Assembly (NCBI RefSeq): GCF_009914755.1 | Contig: NC_060940.1 | DNA from: the human T2T-CHM13v2.0 reference genome, Homo sapiens | Strand: one strand, 5' to 3' | DNA length: 64,000 nucleotides | Shown here: one piece after another, positions 38,501 to 52,500 of the stretch | Numbering within the stretch: position 1 is the first letter of the stretch | How the letters are laid out: each line of letters begins with the position of its first letter | Position numbers and translations under genes: made by a program | The notes under the pieces: model-generated | The model's input: only the letters and a program-made list of their open reading frames with translations | Told to the model about the DNA's origin: nothing | Database searches by the model: none

Positions 38501-41500
38501 TCTTTTCAAAGAGCAGTTAGGAAACACTCTGTTTGTAAAGTCTGCAAGTGGATATTCAGACCTCTTTGAAGCCTTCGTTGGAAACGGGATTTCATCATAT
38601 TATGCTAGACAGATGAATTCTCAGTAACTTCCTTGTGTTGTGTGTATTCAACTCACAGAGTTGAACGATCCTTTACACAGAGCAGATTTGAAACACTGTT
38701 TTTCTGGAATTTGCAAGTGGAGATTTCAGCCGCTTTGAGGTCAATGGTAGAAAAGGAAATATCTTCGTATAAAAACTGGACAGAATGATTCTCAGAAACT
38801 CCTTTGTGATGTGTGCGTTCAACTCACAGAGTTTAACCTTTCTTTTCACAGAGCAGTTAGGAAACACTCTGTTTGTGAAGCCTGCCAGGGGATATTCGGA
38901 CCTCTTTGAGGCCTTCGTTGGAAACGGGATTTCTTCATATTTTGCTAGACAGAAGATTTCTCAGTAACTTCTTTGTGTTGTGTGTATACAGCTCACAGAG
39001 TTCAACCTTCCTTTAGACAGAGCAGATTTGAAACACTCTTTTTGTGGAATTTGCAAGTGGAAATTTCAAGCGCATCGATGCCAATGGTAGAAAAGGAAAT
39101 ATCTTCGTATAAAAACAAGACAAACTCGTTCCCAGACACTGCGTAGTGATGTGTGTGTTTAACTCACAGAGTTTAACCTTTCTTTTCATACAGCATTCTG
39201 GAAACCCTGTGTTTGTAAAGTCTGCAAGTGGATATTTGGACCTCTTAGATGCCTTCGTTGGAAACGGGATTTCCTCATATAATGCTAGAGGGAAGAATTC
39301 TTAGTAACTTCTTTGTGTTGTGTGTATTCAACTGACAGAGTTGAACCTTCCTTTAGACAGAGCAGATTTGAAAGTCTCTTTTTGTGGAATTTGCAAGTGG
39401 AGATTTCAAGCGCTTTGAGGCCAAAAGCAGAAAAGGAAATATTTTCTAATAAAAACTAGACAGAATCTTTCTCAGAAACTGCTCTGGGATGTGTGCGTTC
39501 AACTCACAGAGTTTAACTTTTCTTTTCATTCAGCAGTTTGGAAACACTCTGTTTGGAAAGTCTGCACGTGGATATTTTGACCTCTTTGAGGCCTTCGTTG
39601 GAAACGGGTTTTTTTCATGTAAGGCTAGACAGAAGAAATCTCAGTAACTTCCTTGTGTTGTGTGTATTCAACTGACAGAGTTGAACCTTCCTTTAGACAG
39701 AGCAGATTCGAAACACTCTTTTTCTGCAATTTGCAAGTGGAGACTTCAAGCGCTTTGAGGCCAAAGGCAGAAAAGGAAATATCTTCGTATAAAAACCCGA
39801 CAGAATCATTCTCAGAAACTGCTCTGTGATGTGTGCGTTCAACTCACAGAGTTTAACTTTTCTTTTCATTTAGCAGTTTGGAAACACTCTGTTTGTAAAG
39901 TCTGCAAGTGGATATCTTGGCCTCTTAGAGGCCTTCGTTGGAAACGGGTTTTTTCATTTAAGGTTAGACAGAGGAATTCCCAGTAACTTCCTTGTGTTGT
40001 GTGCATTCAACTCACAGAGTTGAATGATTCTTTACACAGAGCAGATTTGAGACACTCTTTTGGTGGAATTTGTAAGTGGAGAATTCAGCCGCTTTGAGGT
40101 CAACGGTAGAAAAGGAAATATCTTCGTATAAAAACTAGACAGAATGATTCTCAGAAACTGTTTTGTGATGTGTGCGTTCAACTCACAGAGTTTAACCTTT
40201 CTTTTCAAAGAGCAGTTAGGAAACACTCTGTAAAGTCTGCAAGTGGATATTCAGACCTCTTTGAGGCCTTCGTTGGAAACGGGATTTCTTCATATTATGC
40301 TAGACAGATGAATTCTCAGTAACTTCCTTGTGTTGTGTGTATTCAACTCACAGAGTTGAACGATCCTTTACACAGAGCAGATTTGAAACACTGTTTTTCT
40401 GGAATTTGCAAGTGGAGATTTCAGCCGCTTTGAGGTCAATGGTAGAAAAGGAAATATCTTCGTATAAAAACTAGACAGAATGATTCTCAGAAACTCCTTT
40501 GTGATGTGTGCGTTCAACTCACAGAGTTTAACCTTTCTTTTCACAGAGCAGTTAGGAAACACTCTGTTTGTGAAGCCTGCCAGTGGATAATCGGACCTCT
40601 TTGAGGCCTTCGTTGGAAACGGGATTTCTTCATATTATGCTAGACAGAAGATTTCTCAGTAACTTCTTTGTGTTGTGTGTATGCAACTCACAGAGTTCAA
40701 CCTTCCTTTAGACAGAGCAGATTTGAAACACTCTTTTTGTGGAATTTGCAAGTGGAGATTTCAAGCGCTTCGATGCCAATGGTAGAAAACGAAATATCTT
40801 CGTATAAAAACAAGACAAACTCGTTCCCAGACACTGCGTAGTGATGTGTGTGTTTAACTCACAGAGTTTCACCTTTCTTTTCATACAGCATTCTGGAAAC
40901 CCTCTGTTTGTAAAGTCTGCAAGTGGATATTTGGACCTCTTAGATGCCTTCGTTGGAAACGGGATTTCTTCATATAATGCTAGAGGGAAGAATTCTTAGT
41001 AACTTCTTTGTGTTGTGTGTATTCAACTGACAGAGTTGAACCTTCCTTTAGACAGAGCAGATTTGAAAGTCTCTTTTTGTGGAATTTGCACGTGGAGATT
41101 TCAAGCGCTTTGAGGCCAAAAGCAGAAAAGGAAATATTTTCCTATAAAAACTCGACAGAATCATTCTCAGAACCTGCTCTGTGATGTGTGCGTTCAACTC
41201 ACAGAGTTTAACTTTTCTTGTCATTCAGCAGTTTGGAAACACTGTTTGGAAAGTCTGCACGTGGATATTTTGACCTCTTTGAGGCCTTCGTTGGAAACGG
41301 GTTTTTTTCATGTAAGGCTAGACAGAAGAAATCTCAGTAACTTCCTTGTGTTGTGTGTATTCAACTGACAGAGTTGAACCTTCCTTTAGACAGAGCAGAT
41401 TCGAAACAATCTTTTTCTGCTATTTGCAAGTGGAGACTTCAAGCGCTTTGAGGCCAAAGGCAGAAAAGGGAATATCTTCGTATAAAAACCCGACAGAATC

Positions 41501-43549
41501 ATTCTCAGAAACTGCTCTGTGATGTGTGCGTTCAACTCACAGAGTTTAACTTTTCTTTTCATTCAGCAGTTTGGAAACACTCTGTTTGTAAAGTCTGCAA
41601 GTGGATATCTTGGCCTCTTAGAGGCCTTCGTTGGAAACGGGTTTTTTCATGTAAGGATAGACAGAGGAATTCCCAGTAACTTCCTTGTGTTGTGTGCATT
41701 CAACTCACAGAGTTGAATGATTCTTTACACAGAGCAGATTTGAGACACTCTTTTGGTGGAATTTGTAAGTGGAGAATTCAGCCGCTTTGAGGTCAACGGT
41801 AGAAAAGGAAATATCTTCGTATAAAAACTAGACAGAATGATTCTCAGAAACTGTTTTGTGATGTGTGCGTTCAACTCACAGAGTTTAACCTTTCTTTTCA
41901 GAGAGCAGTTAGGAAACACTCTGTAAAGTCTGCAAGTGGATATTCAGACCTCTTTGAGGCCTTCGTTGGAAACGGGATTTCTTCATATTATGCTAGACAG
42001 ATGAATTCTCAGTAACTTCCTTGTGTTGTGTGTATTCAACTCACAGAGTTGAACGATCCTTTACACAGAGCAGATTTGAAACACTGTTTTTCTGGAATTT
42101 GCAAGTGGAGATTTCAGCCGCTTTGAGGTCAATGGTAGAAAAGGAAATATCTTCGTATAAAAACTAGACAGAATGATTCTCAGAAACTCCTTTGTGATGT
42201 GTGCGTTCAACTCACAGGGTTTAACCTTTCTTTTCACAGAGCAGTTAGGAAACACTCTGTTTGTGAAGCCTGCCAGTGGATATTCGGACCTCTTTGAGGC
42301 CTTCGTTGGAAACGGGATTTCTTCATATTATGCTAGACAGAAGATTTCTCAGTAACTTCTTTGTGTTGTGTGTATGCAACTCACAGAGTTCAACCTTCCT
42401 TTAGACAGAGCAGATTTGAAACACTCTTTTTGTGGAATTTGCAAGTGGAGATTTCAAGCGCTTTGATGCCAATGGTAGAAAAGGAAATATCTTCGTATAA
42501 AAACAAGACAAACTCGTTCCCAGACACTGCGTAGTGATGTGTGTGTTTAACTCACAGAGTTTAACCTTTCTTTTCATACAGCATTCTGGAAACCCTCTGT
42601 TTGTAAAGTCTGCAAGTGGATATTTGGACCTCTTAGATGCCTTCGTTGGAAACGGGATTTCTTCATATAATGCTAGAGGGAAGAATTCTTAGTAACTTCT
42701 TTGTGTTGTGTGTATTCAACTGACAGAGTTGAACCTTCCTTTAGACAGAGCAGATTTGAAAGTCTCTTTTTGTGGAATTTGCAAGTGGAGATTTCAAGCG
42801 CTTTGAGGCCAAAAGCAGAAAAGGAAATATTTTCCTATAAAAACTAGAGAGAATCATTCTCAGAAACTGCTCTGTGATGTGTGTGTTCAACTCACAGAGT
42901 TTAACTTTCTTTTCATTCAGCAGTTTGGAAACACTCTGTTTGGAAAGTCTGCACGTGGATATTTTGACCTCTTTGAGGCCTTCGTTGGAAACGGGTTTTT
43001 TTCATGTAAGGCTAGACAGAAGAAATCTCAGTAACTTCCTTGTGTTGTGTGTATTCAACTGACAGAGTTGAACCTTCCTTTAGACAGAGCAGATTCGAAA
43101 CACTCTTTTTCTGCAATTTGCAAGTGGAGACTTCAAGCGCTTTGAGGCCAAAGGCAGAAAAGGAAATATCTTCGTATAAAAACCCGACAGAATCATTCTC
43201 AGAAACTGCTCTGTGATGTGTGCGTTCAACTCACAGAGTTTAACTTTTCTTTTCATTCAGCAGTTTGGAAACACTCTGTTTGTAAAGTCTGCAAGTGGAT
43301 ATCTTGGCCTCTTAGAGGCCTTCGTTGGAAACGGGTTTTTTCATTTAAGGTTAGACAGAGGAATTCCCAGTAACTTCCTTGTGTTGTGTGCATTCAACTC
43401 ACAGAGTTGAATGATTCTTTACACAGAGCAGATTTGAGACACTGTTGGTGGAATTTGTAAGTGGAGAATTCAGCCGCTTTGAGGTCAATGGTAGAAAAGG
43501 AAATATCTTCGTATAAAAACTAGACAGAATGATTCTCAGAAACTGTTTT

Positions 43550-46500
43550 GTGATGTGTGCGTTCAACTCACAGAGTTTAACCTTTCTTTTCAGAGAGCAG
43601 TTAGGAAACACTCTGTAAAGTCTGCAAGTGGATATTCAGACCTCTTTGAGGCCTTCGTTGGAAACGGGATTTCTTCATATTATGCTAGACAGATGAATTC
43701 TCAGTAACTTCCTTGTGTTGTGTGTATTCAACTCACAGAGTTGAACGATCCTTTACACAGAGCAGATTTGAAACACTGTTTTTCTGGAATTTGCAAGTGG
43801 AGATTTCAGCCGCTTTGAGGTCAATTGTAGAAAAGGAAATATCTTCGTATAAAAACTAGACAGAATGATTCTCAGAAACTCCTTTGTGATGTGTGCGTTC
43901 AACTCACAGAGTTTAACCTTTCTTTTCACAGAGCAGTTAGGAAACACTCTGTTTGTGAAGCCTGCCAGTGGATATTCGGACCTCTTTCAGGCCTTCGTTG
44001 GAAACGGGATTTCTTCATATTATGCTAGACAGAAGATTTCTCAGTAACTTCTTTGTGTTGTGTGTATGCAACTCACAGAGTTCAACCTTCCTTTAGACAG
44101 AGCAGATTTGAAACACTCTTTTTGTGGAATTTGCAAGTGGAGATTTCAAGCGCTTCGATGCCAATGGTAGAAAAGGAAATATCTTCGTATAAAAACAAGA
44201 CAAACTCGTTCCCAGACACTGCGTAGTGATGTGTGTGTTTAACTCACAGAGTTTAACCTTTCTTTTCATACAGCATTCTGGAAACCCTCTGTTTGTAAAG
44301 TCTGCAAGTCGATATTTGGACCTCTTAGATGCCTTCGTTGGAAACGGGATTTCTTCATATAATGCTAGAGGGAAGAATTCTTAGTAACTTCTTTGTGTTG
44401 TGTGTATTCAACTGACAGAGTTGAACCTTCCTTTAGACAGAGCAGATTTGAAAGTCTCTTTTTGTGGAATTTGCAAGTGGAGATTTCAAGCGCTTTGAGG
44501 CCAAAAGCAGAAAAGGAAATATTTTCCTATAAAACCTCGACAGAATCTTTCTCAGAAACTGCTCTGGGATGTGTGCGTTCAACTCACAGAGTTTAACTTT
44601 TCTTTTCATTCAGCGTTTGGAAACACTCTGTTTGGAAAGTCTGCCTTGGATATTTTGACCTCTTTGAGGCCTTCGTTGGAAACGGGTTTTTTTCATGTAA
44701 GGCTAGACAGAAGAAATCTCAGTAACTTCCTTGTGTTGTGTGTATTCAACTGACAGAGTTGAACCTTCCTTTAGACAGAGCAGATTCGAAACACTCTTTT
44801 TCTGCAATTTGCAAGTGGAGACTTCAAGCGCTTTGAGGCCAAAGGCAGAAAAGGAAATATCTTCGTATAAGAACCTGACAGAATCATTCTCAGAAACTGC
44901 TCTGTGATGTGTGCGTTCAACTCACAGAGTTTAACTTTTCTTTTCATTCAGCAGTTTGGAAACACTCTGTTTGTAAAGTCTGCAAGTGGATATCTTGGCC
45001 TCTTAGAGGCCTTCGTTGGAAACGGGTTTTTTCATGTAAGGATAGACAGAGGAATTCCCAGTAACTTCCTTGTGTTGTGTGCATTCAACTCACAGAGTTG
45101 AATGATTCTTTACACAGAGCAGATTTGAGACACTCTTTTGGTGGAATTTGTAAGTGGAGAATTCAGCCGCTTTGAGGTCAACGGTAGAAAAGGAAATATC
45201 TTCGTATAAAAACTAGACAGAATGATTCTCAGAAACTGTTTTGTGATGTGTGCGTTCAACTCACAGAGTTTAACCTTTCTTTTCAGAGAGCAGTTAGGAA
45301 ACACTCTGTAAAGTCTGCAAGTGGATATTCAGACCTCTTTGAGGCCTTCGTTGGAAACGGGATTTCTTCATATTATGCTAGACAGATGAATTCTCAGTAA
45401 CTTCCTTGTGTTGTGTGTATTCAACTCACAGAGTTGAACGATCCTTTACACAGAGCAGATTTGAAACACTGTTTTTCTGGAATTTGCAAGTGGAGATTTC
45501 AGCCGCTTTGAGGTCAATGGTAGAAAAGGAAATATCTTCGTATAAAAACTAGACAGAATGATTCTCAGAAACTCCTTTGTGATGTGTGCGTTCAACTCAC
45601 AGAGTTTAACCTTTCTTTTCACAGAGCAGTTAGGAAACACTCTGTTTGTGAAGCCTGCCAGTGGATATTCGGACCTCTTTCAGGCCTTCGTTGGAAACGG
45701 GATTTCTTCATATTATGCTAGACAGAAGATTTCTCAGTAACTTCTTTGTGTTGTGTGTATGCAACTCACAGAGTTCAACCTTCCTTTAGACAGAGCAGAT
45801 TTGAAACACTCTTTTTGTGGAATTTGCAAGTGGAGATTTCAAGCGCTTCGATGCCAATGGTAGAAAAGGAAATATCTTCGTATAAAAACAAGACAAACTC
45901 GTTCCCAGACACTGCGTAGTGATGTGTGTGTTTAACTCACAGAGTTTAACCTTTCTTTTCATACAGCATTCTGGAAACCCTCTGTTTGTAAAGTCTGCAA
46001 GTGGATATTTGGACCTCTTAGATGCCTTCGTTGGAAACGGGATTTCTTCATATAATGCTAGAGGGAAGAATTCTTAGTAACTTCTTTGTGTTGTGTGTAT
46101 TCAACTGACAGAGTTGAACCTTCCTTTAGACAGAGCAGATTTGAAAGTCTCTTTTTGTGGAATTTGCAAGTGGAGATTTCAAGCGCTTTGAGGCCAAAAG
46201 CAGAAAAGGAAATATTTTCCTATAAAAACTAGAGAGAATCATTCTCAGAAACTGCTCTGTGATGTGTGTGTTCAACTCACAGAGTTTAACTTTCTTTTCA
46301 TTCAGCAGTTTGGAAACACTCTGTTTGGAAAGTCTGCACGTGGATATTTTGACCTCTTTGAGGCCTTCGTTGGAAACGGGTTTTTTTCATGTAACGCTAG
46401 ACAGAAGAAATCTCAGTAACTTCCTTGTGTTGTGTGTATTCAACTGACAGAGTTGAACCTTCCTTTAGACAGAGCAGATTCGAAACGCTCTTTTTCTGCA

Positions 46501-49500
46501 ATTTGCAAGTGGAGACTTCAAGCGCTTTGAGGCCAAAGGCAGAAAAGGAAATATCTTCGTATAAAAACCCGACAGAATCATTCTCAGAAACTGCTCTGTG
46601 ATGTGTGCGTTCAACTCACAGAGTTTAACTTTTCTTTTCATTCAGCAGTTTGGAAACACTCTGTTTGTAAAGTCTGCAAGTGGATATCTTGGCCTCTTAG
46701 AGGCCTTCGTTGGAAACGCGTTTTTTCATGTAAGGTTAGACAGAGGAATTCCCAGTAACTTCCTTGTGTTGTGTGCATTCAACTCACAGAGTTGAATGAT
46801 TCTTTACACAGAGCAGATTTGAGACACTCTTTTGGTGGAATTTGTAAGTGTAGAATTCAGCTGCTTTGAGGTCAACGGTAGAAAAGGAAATATCTTCGTA
46901 TAGAAACTAGACAGAATGATTCTCAGAAACTGTTTTGTGATGTGTGCGTTCAACTCACAGAGTTTAACCTTTCTTTTCAAAGAGCAGTTAGGAAACACTC
47001 TGTTTGTAAAGTCTGCAAGTGGATATTCAGACCTCTTTGAAGCCTTCGTTGGAAACGGGATTTCATCATATTATGCTAGACAGATGAATTCTCAGTAACT
47101 TCCTTGTGTTGTGTGTATTCAACTCACAGAGTTGAACGATCCTTTACACAGAGCAGATTTGAAACACTGTTTTTCTGGAATTTGCAAGTGGAGATTTCAG
47201 CCGCTTTGAGGTCAATGGTAGAAAAGGAAATATCTTCGTATAAAAACTGGACAGAATGATTCTCAGAAACTCCTTTGTGATGTGTGCGTTCAACTCACAG
47301 AGTTTAACCTTTCTTTTCACAGAGCAGTTAGGAAACACTCTGTTTGTGAAGCCTGCCAGGGGATATTCGGACCTCTTTGAGGCCTTCGTTGGAAACGGGA
47401 TTTCTTCATATTTTGCTAGACAGAAGATTTCTCAGTAACTTCTTTGTGTTGTGTGTATACAGCTCACAGAGTTCAACCTTCCTTTAGACAGAGCAGATTT
47501 GAAACACTCTTTTTGTGGAATTTGCAAGTGGAAATTTCAAGCGCATCGATGCCAATGGTAGAAAAGGAAATATCTTCGTATAAAAACAAGACAAACTCGT
47601 TCCCAGACACTGCGTAGTGATGTGTGTGTTTAACTCACAGAGTTTAACCTTTCTTTTCATACAGCATTCTGGAAACCCTCTGTTTGTAAAGTCTGCAAGT
47701 GGATATTTGGACCTCTTAGATGCCTTCGTTGGAAACGGGATTTCCTCATATAATGCTAGAGGGAAGAATTCTTAGTAACTTCTTTGTGTTGTGTGTATTC
47801 AACTGACAGAGTTGAACCTTCCTTTAGACAGAGCAGATTTGAAAGTCTCTTTTTGTGGAATTTGCAAGTGGAGATTTCAAGCGCTTTGAGGCCAAAAGCA
47901 GAAAAGGAAATATTTTCTAATAAAAACTAGACAGAATCTTTCTCAGAAACTGCTCTGGGATGTGTGCGTTCAACTCACAGAGTTTAACTTTTCTTTTCAT
48001 TCAGCAGTTTGGAAACACTCTGTTTGGAAAGTCTGCACGTGGATATTTTGACCTCTTTGAGGCCTTCGTTGGAAACGGGTTTTTTTCATGTAAGGCTAGA
48101 CAGAAGAAATCTCAGTAACTTCCTTGTGTTGTGTGTATTCAACTGACAGAGTTGAACCTTCCTTTAGACAGAGCAGATTCGAAACACTCTTTTTCTGCAA
48201 TTTGCAAGTGGAGACTTCAAGCGCTTTGAGGCCAAAGGCAGAAAAGGAAATATCTTCGTATAAAAACCCGACAGAATCATTCTCAGAAACTGCTCTGTGA
48301 TGTGTGCGTTCAACTCACAGAGTTTAACTTTTCTTTTCATTCAGCAGTTTGGAAACACTCTGTTTGTAAAGTCTGCAAGTGGATATCTTGGCCTCTTAGA
48401 GGCCTTCGTTGGAAACGGGTTTTTTCATTTAAGGTTAGACAGAGGAATTCCCAGTAACTTCCTTGTGTTGTGTGCATTCAACTCACAGAGTTGAATGATT
48501 CTTTACACAGAGCAGATTTGAGACACTCTTTGGGTGGAATTTGTAAGTGGAGAATTCAGCCGCTTTGAGGTCAACGGTAGAAAAGGAAATATCTTCGTAT
48601 AAAAACTAGACAGAATGATTCTCAGAAACTGTTTTGTGATGTGTGCGTTCAACTCACAGAGTTTAACCTTTCTTTTCAAAGAGCAGTTAGGAAACACTCT
48701 GTAAAGTCTGCAAGTGGATATTCAGACCTCTTTGAGGCCTTCGTTGGAAACGGGATTTCTTCATATTATGCTAGACAGATGAATTCTCAGTAACTTCCTT
48801 GTGTTGTGTGTATTCAACTCACAGAGTTGAACGATCCTTTACACAGAGCAGATTTGAAACACTGTTTTTCTGGAATTTGCAAGTGGAGATTTCAGCCGCT
48901 TTGAGGTCAATGGTAGAAAAGGAAATATCTTCGTATAAAAACTAGACAGAATGATTCTCAGAAACTCCTTTGTGATGTGTGCGTTCAACTCACAGAGTTT
49001 AACCTTTCTTTTCACAGAGCAGTTAGGAAACACTCTGTTTGTGAAGCCTGCCAGTGGATATTCAGACCTCTTTCAGGCCTTCGTTGGAAACGGGATTTCT
49101 TCATATTATGCTAGACAGAAGATTTCTCAGTAACTTCTTTGTGTTGTGTGTATGCAACTCACAGAGTTCAACCTTCCTTTAGACAGAGCAGATTTGAAAC
49201 ACTCTTTTTGTGGAATTTGCAAGTGGAGATTTCAAGCGCTTCGATGCCAATGGTAGAAAAGGAAATATCTTCGTATAAAAACAAGACAAACTCGTTCCCA
49301 GACACTGCGTAGTGATGTGTGTGTTTAACTCACAGAGTTTAACCTTTCTTTTCATACAGCATTCTGGAAACCCTCTGTTTGTAAAGTCTGCAAGTGGATA
49401 TTTGGACCTCTTAGATGCCTTCGTTGGAAACGGGATTTCTTCATATAATGCTAGAGGGAAGAATTCTTAGTAACTTCTTTGTGTTGTGTGTATTCAACTG

Positions 49501-52500
49501 ACAGAGTTGAACCTTCCTTTAGACAGAGCAGATTTGAAAGTCTCTTTTTGTGGAATTTGCAAGTGGAGATTTCAAGCGCTTTGAGGCCAAAAGCAGAAAA
49601 GGAAATATTTTCCTATAAAACCTCGACAGAATCTTTCTCAGAAACTGCTCTGGGATGTGTGCGTTCAACTCACAGAGTTTAACTTTTCTTTTCATTCAGC
49701 AGTTTGGAAACACTCTGTTTGGAAAGTCTGCACGTGGATATTTTGACCTCTTTGAGGCCTTCGTTGGAAACGGGTTTTTTTCATGTAAGGCTAGACAGAA
49801 GAAATCTCAGTAACTTCCTTGTGTTGTGTGTATTCAACTGACAGAGTTGAACCTTCCTTTAGACAGAGCAGATTCGAAACACTCTTTTTCTGCAATTTGC
49901 AAGTGGAGACTTCAAGCGCTTTGAGGCCAAAGGCAGAAAAGGAAATATCTTCGTATAAAAACCCGACAGAATCATTCTCAGAAACTGCTCTGTGATGTGT
50001 GCGTTCAACTCACAGAGTTTAACTTTTCTTTTCATTCAGCAGTTTGGAAACACTCTGTTTGTAAAGTCTGCAAGTGGATATCTTGGCCTCTTAGAGGCCT
50101 TCGTTGGAAACGGGTTTTTTCATGTAAGGATAGACAGAGGAATTCCCAGTAACTTCCTTGTGTTGTGTGCATTCAACTCACAGAGTTGAACGATTCTTTA
50201 CACAGAGCAGATTTGAGACACTCTTTTGGTGGAATTTGTAAGTGGAGAATTCAGCCGCTTTGAGGTCAACGGTAGAAAAGGAAATATCTTCGTATAAAAA
50301 CTAGACAGAATGATTCTCAGAAACTGTTTTGTGATGTGTGCGTTCAACTCACAGAGTTTAACCTTTCTTTTCAGAGAGCAGTTAGGAAACACTCTGTAAA
50401 GTCTGCAAGTGGATATTCAGACCTCTTTGAGGCCTTCCTTGGAAACGGGATTTCTTCATATTATGCTAGACAGATGAATTCTCAGTAACTTCCTTGTGTT
50501 GTGTGTATTCAACTCACAGAGTTGAACGATCCTTTACACAGAGCAGATTTGAAACACTGTTTTTCTGGAATTTGCAAGTGGAGATTTCAGCCGCTTTGAG
50601 GTCAATGGTAGAAAAGGAAATATCTTCGTATAAAAACTAGACAGAATGATTCTCAGAAACTCCTTTGTGATGTGTGCGTTCAACTCACAGAGTTTAACCT
50701 TTCTTTTCACAGAGCAGTTAGGAAACACTCTGTTTGTGAAGCCTGCCAGTGGATATTCGGACCTCTTTCAGGCCTTCGTTGGAAACGGGATTTCTTCATA
50801 TTATGCTAGACAGAAGATTTCTCAGTAACTTCTTTGTGTTGTGTGTATGCAAATCACAGAGTTCAACCTTCCTTTAGACAGAGCAGATTTGAAACACTCT
50901 TTTTGTGGAATTTGCAAGTGGAGATTTCAAGCGCTTCGATGCCAATGGTAGAAAAGGAAATATCTTCGTATAAAAACAAGACAAACTCGTTCCCAGACAC
51001 TGCGTAGTGATGTGTGTGTTTAACTCACAGAGTTTCACCTTTCTTTTCATACAGCATTCTGGAAACCCTCTGTTTGTAAAGTCTGCAAGTCGATATTTGG
51101 ACCTCTTAGATGCCTTCGTTGGAAACGGGATTTCTTCATATAATGCTAGAGGGAAGAATTCTTAGTAACTTCTTTGTGTTGTGTGTATTCAACTGACAGA
51201 GTTGAACCTTCCTTTAGACAGAGCAGATTTGAAAGTCTCTTTTTGTGGAATTTGCAAGTGGAGATTTCAAGCGCTTTGAGGCCAAAAGCAGAAAAGGAAA
51301 TATTTTCCTATAAAACCTCGACAGAATCTTTCTCAGAAACTGCTCTGGGATGTGTGCGTTCAACTCACAGAGTTTAACTTTTCTTTTCATTCAGCAGTTT
51401 GGAAACACTCTGTTTGGAAAGTCTGCACGTGGATATTTTGACCTCTTTGAGGCCTTCGTTGGAAACGGGTTTTTTTCATGTAAGGCTAGACAGAAGAAAT
51501 CTCAGTAACTTCCTTGTGTTGTGTGTATTCAACTGACAGAGTTGAACCTTCCTTTAGACAGAGCAGATTCGAAACACTCTTTTTCTGCAATTTGCAAGTG
51601 GAGACTTCAAGCGCTTTGAGGCCAAAGGCAGAAAAGGAAATATCTTCGTATAAAAACCCGACAGAATCATTCTCAGAAACTGCTCTGTGATGTGTGCGTT
51701 CAACTCACAGAGTTTAACTTTTCTTTTCATTCAGCAGTTTGGAAACACTCTGTTTGTAAAGTCTGCAAGTGGATATCTTGGCCTCTTAGAGGCCTTCGTT
51801 GGAAACGGGTTTTTTCATGTAAGGATAGACAGAGGAATTCCCAGTAACTTCCTTGTGTTGTGTGCATTCAACTCACAGAGTTGAACGATTCTTTACACAG
51901 AGCAGATTTGAGACACTCTTTTGGTGGAATTTGTAAGTGGAGAATTCAGCCGCTTTGAGGTCAACGGTAGAAAAGGAAATATCTTCGTATAAAAACTAGA
52001 CAGAATGATTCTCAGAAACTGTTTTGTGATGTGTGCGTTCAACTCACAGAGTTTAACCTTTCTTTTCAGAGAGCAGTTAGGAAACACTCTGTAAAGTCTG
52101 CAAGTGGATATTCAGACCTCTTTGAGGCCTTCGTTGGAAACGGGATTTCTTCATATTATGCTAGACAGATGAATTCTCAGTAACTTCCTTGTGTTGTGTG
52201 TATTCAACTCACAGAGTTGAACGATCCTTTACACAGAGCAGATTTGAAACACTGTTTTTCTGGAATTTGCAAGTGGAGATTTCAGCCGCTTTGAGGTCAA
52301 TTGTAGAAAAGGAAATATCTTCGTATAAAAACTAGACAGAATGATTCTCAGAAACTCCTTTGTGATGTGTGCGTTCAACTCACAGAGTTTAACCTTTCTT
52401 TTCACAGAGCAGTTAGGAAACACTCTGTTTGTGAAGCCTGCCAGTGGATATTCGGACCTCTTTCAGGCCTTCGTTGGAAACGGGATTTCTTCATATTATG

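Noticed and set aside
39826-40023. Missing marker ORF in HOR 24, suggesting a gap in the array
   Set aside because: A single C>T (CATTTAGC, ~39871) creates a stop codon, and the HOR is otherwise intact.
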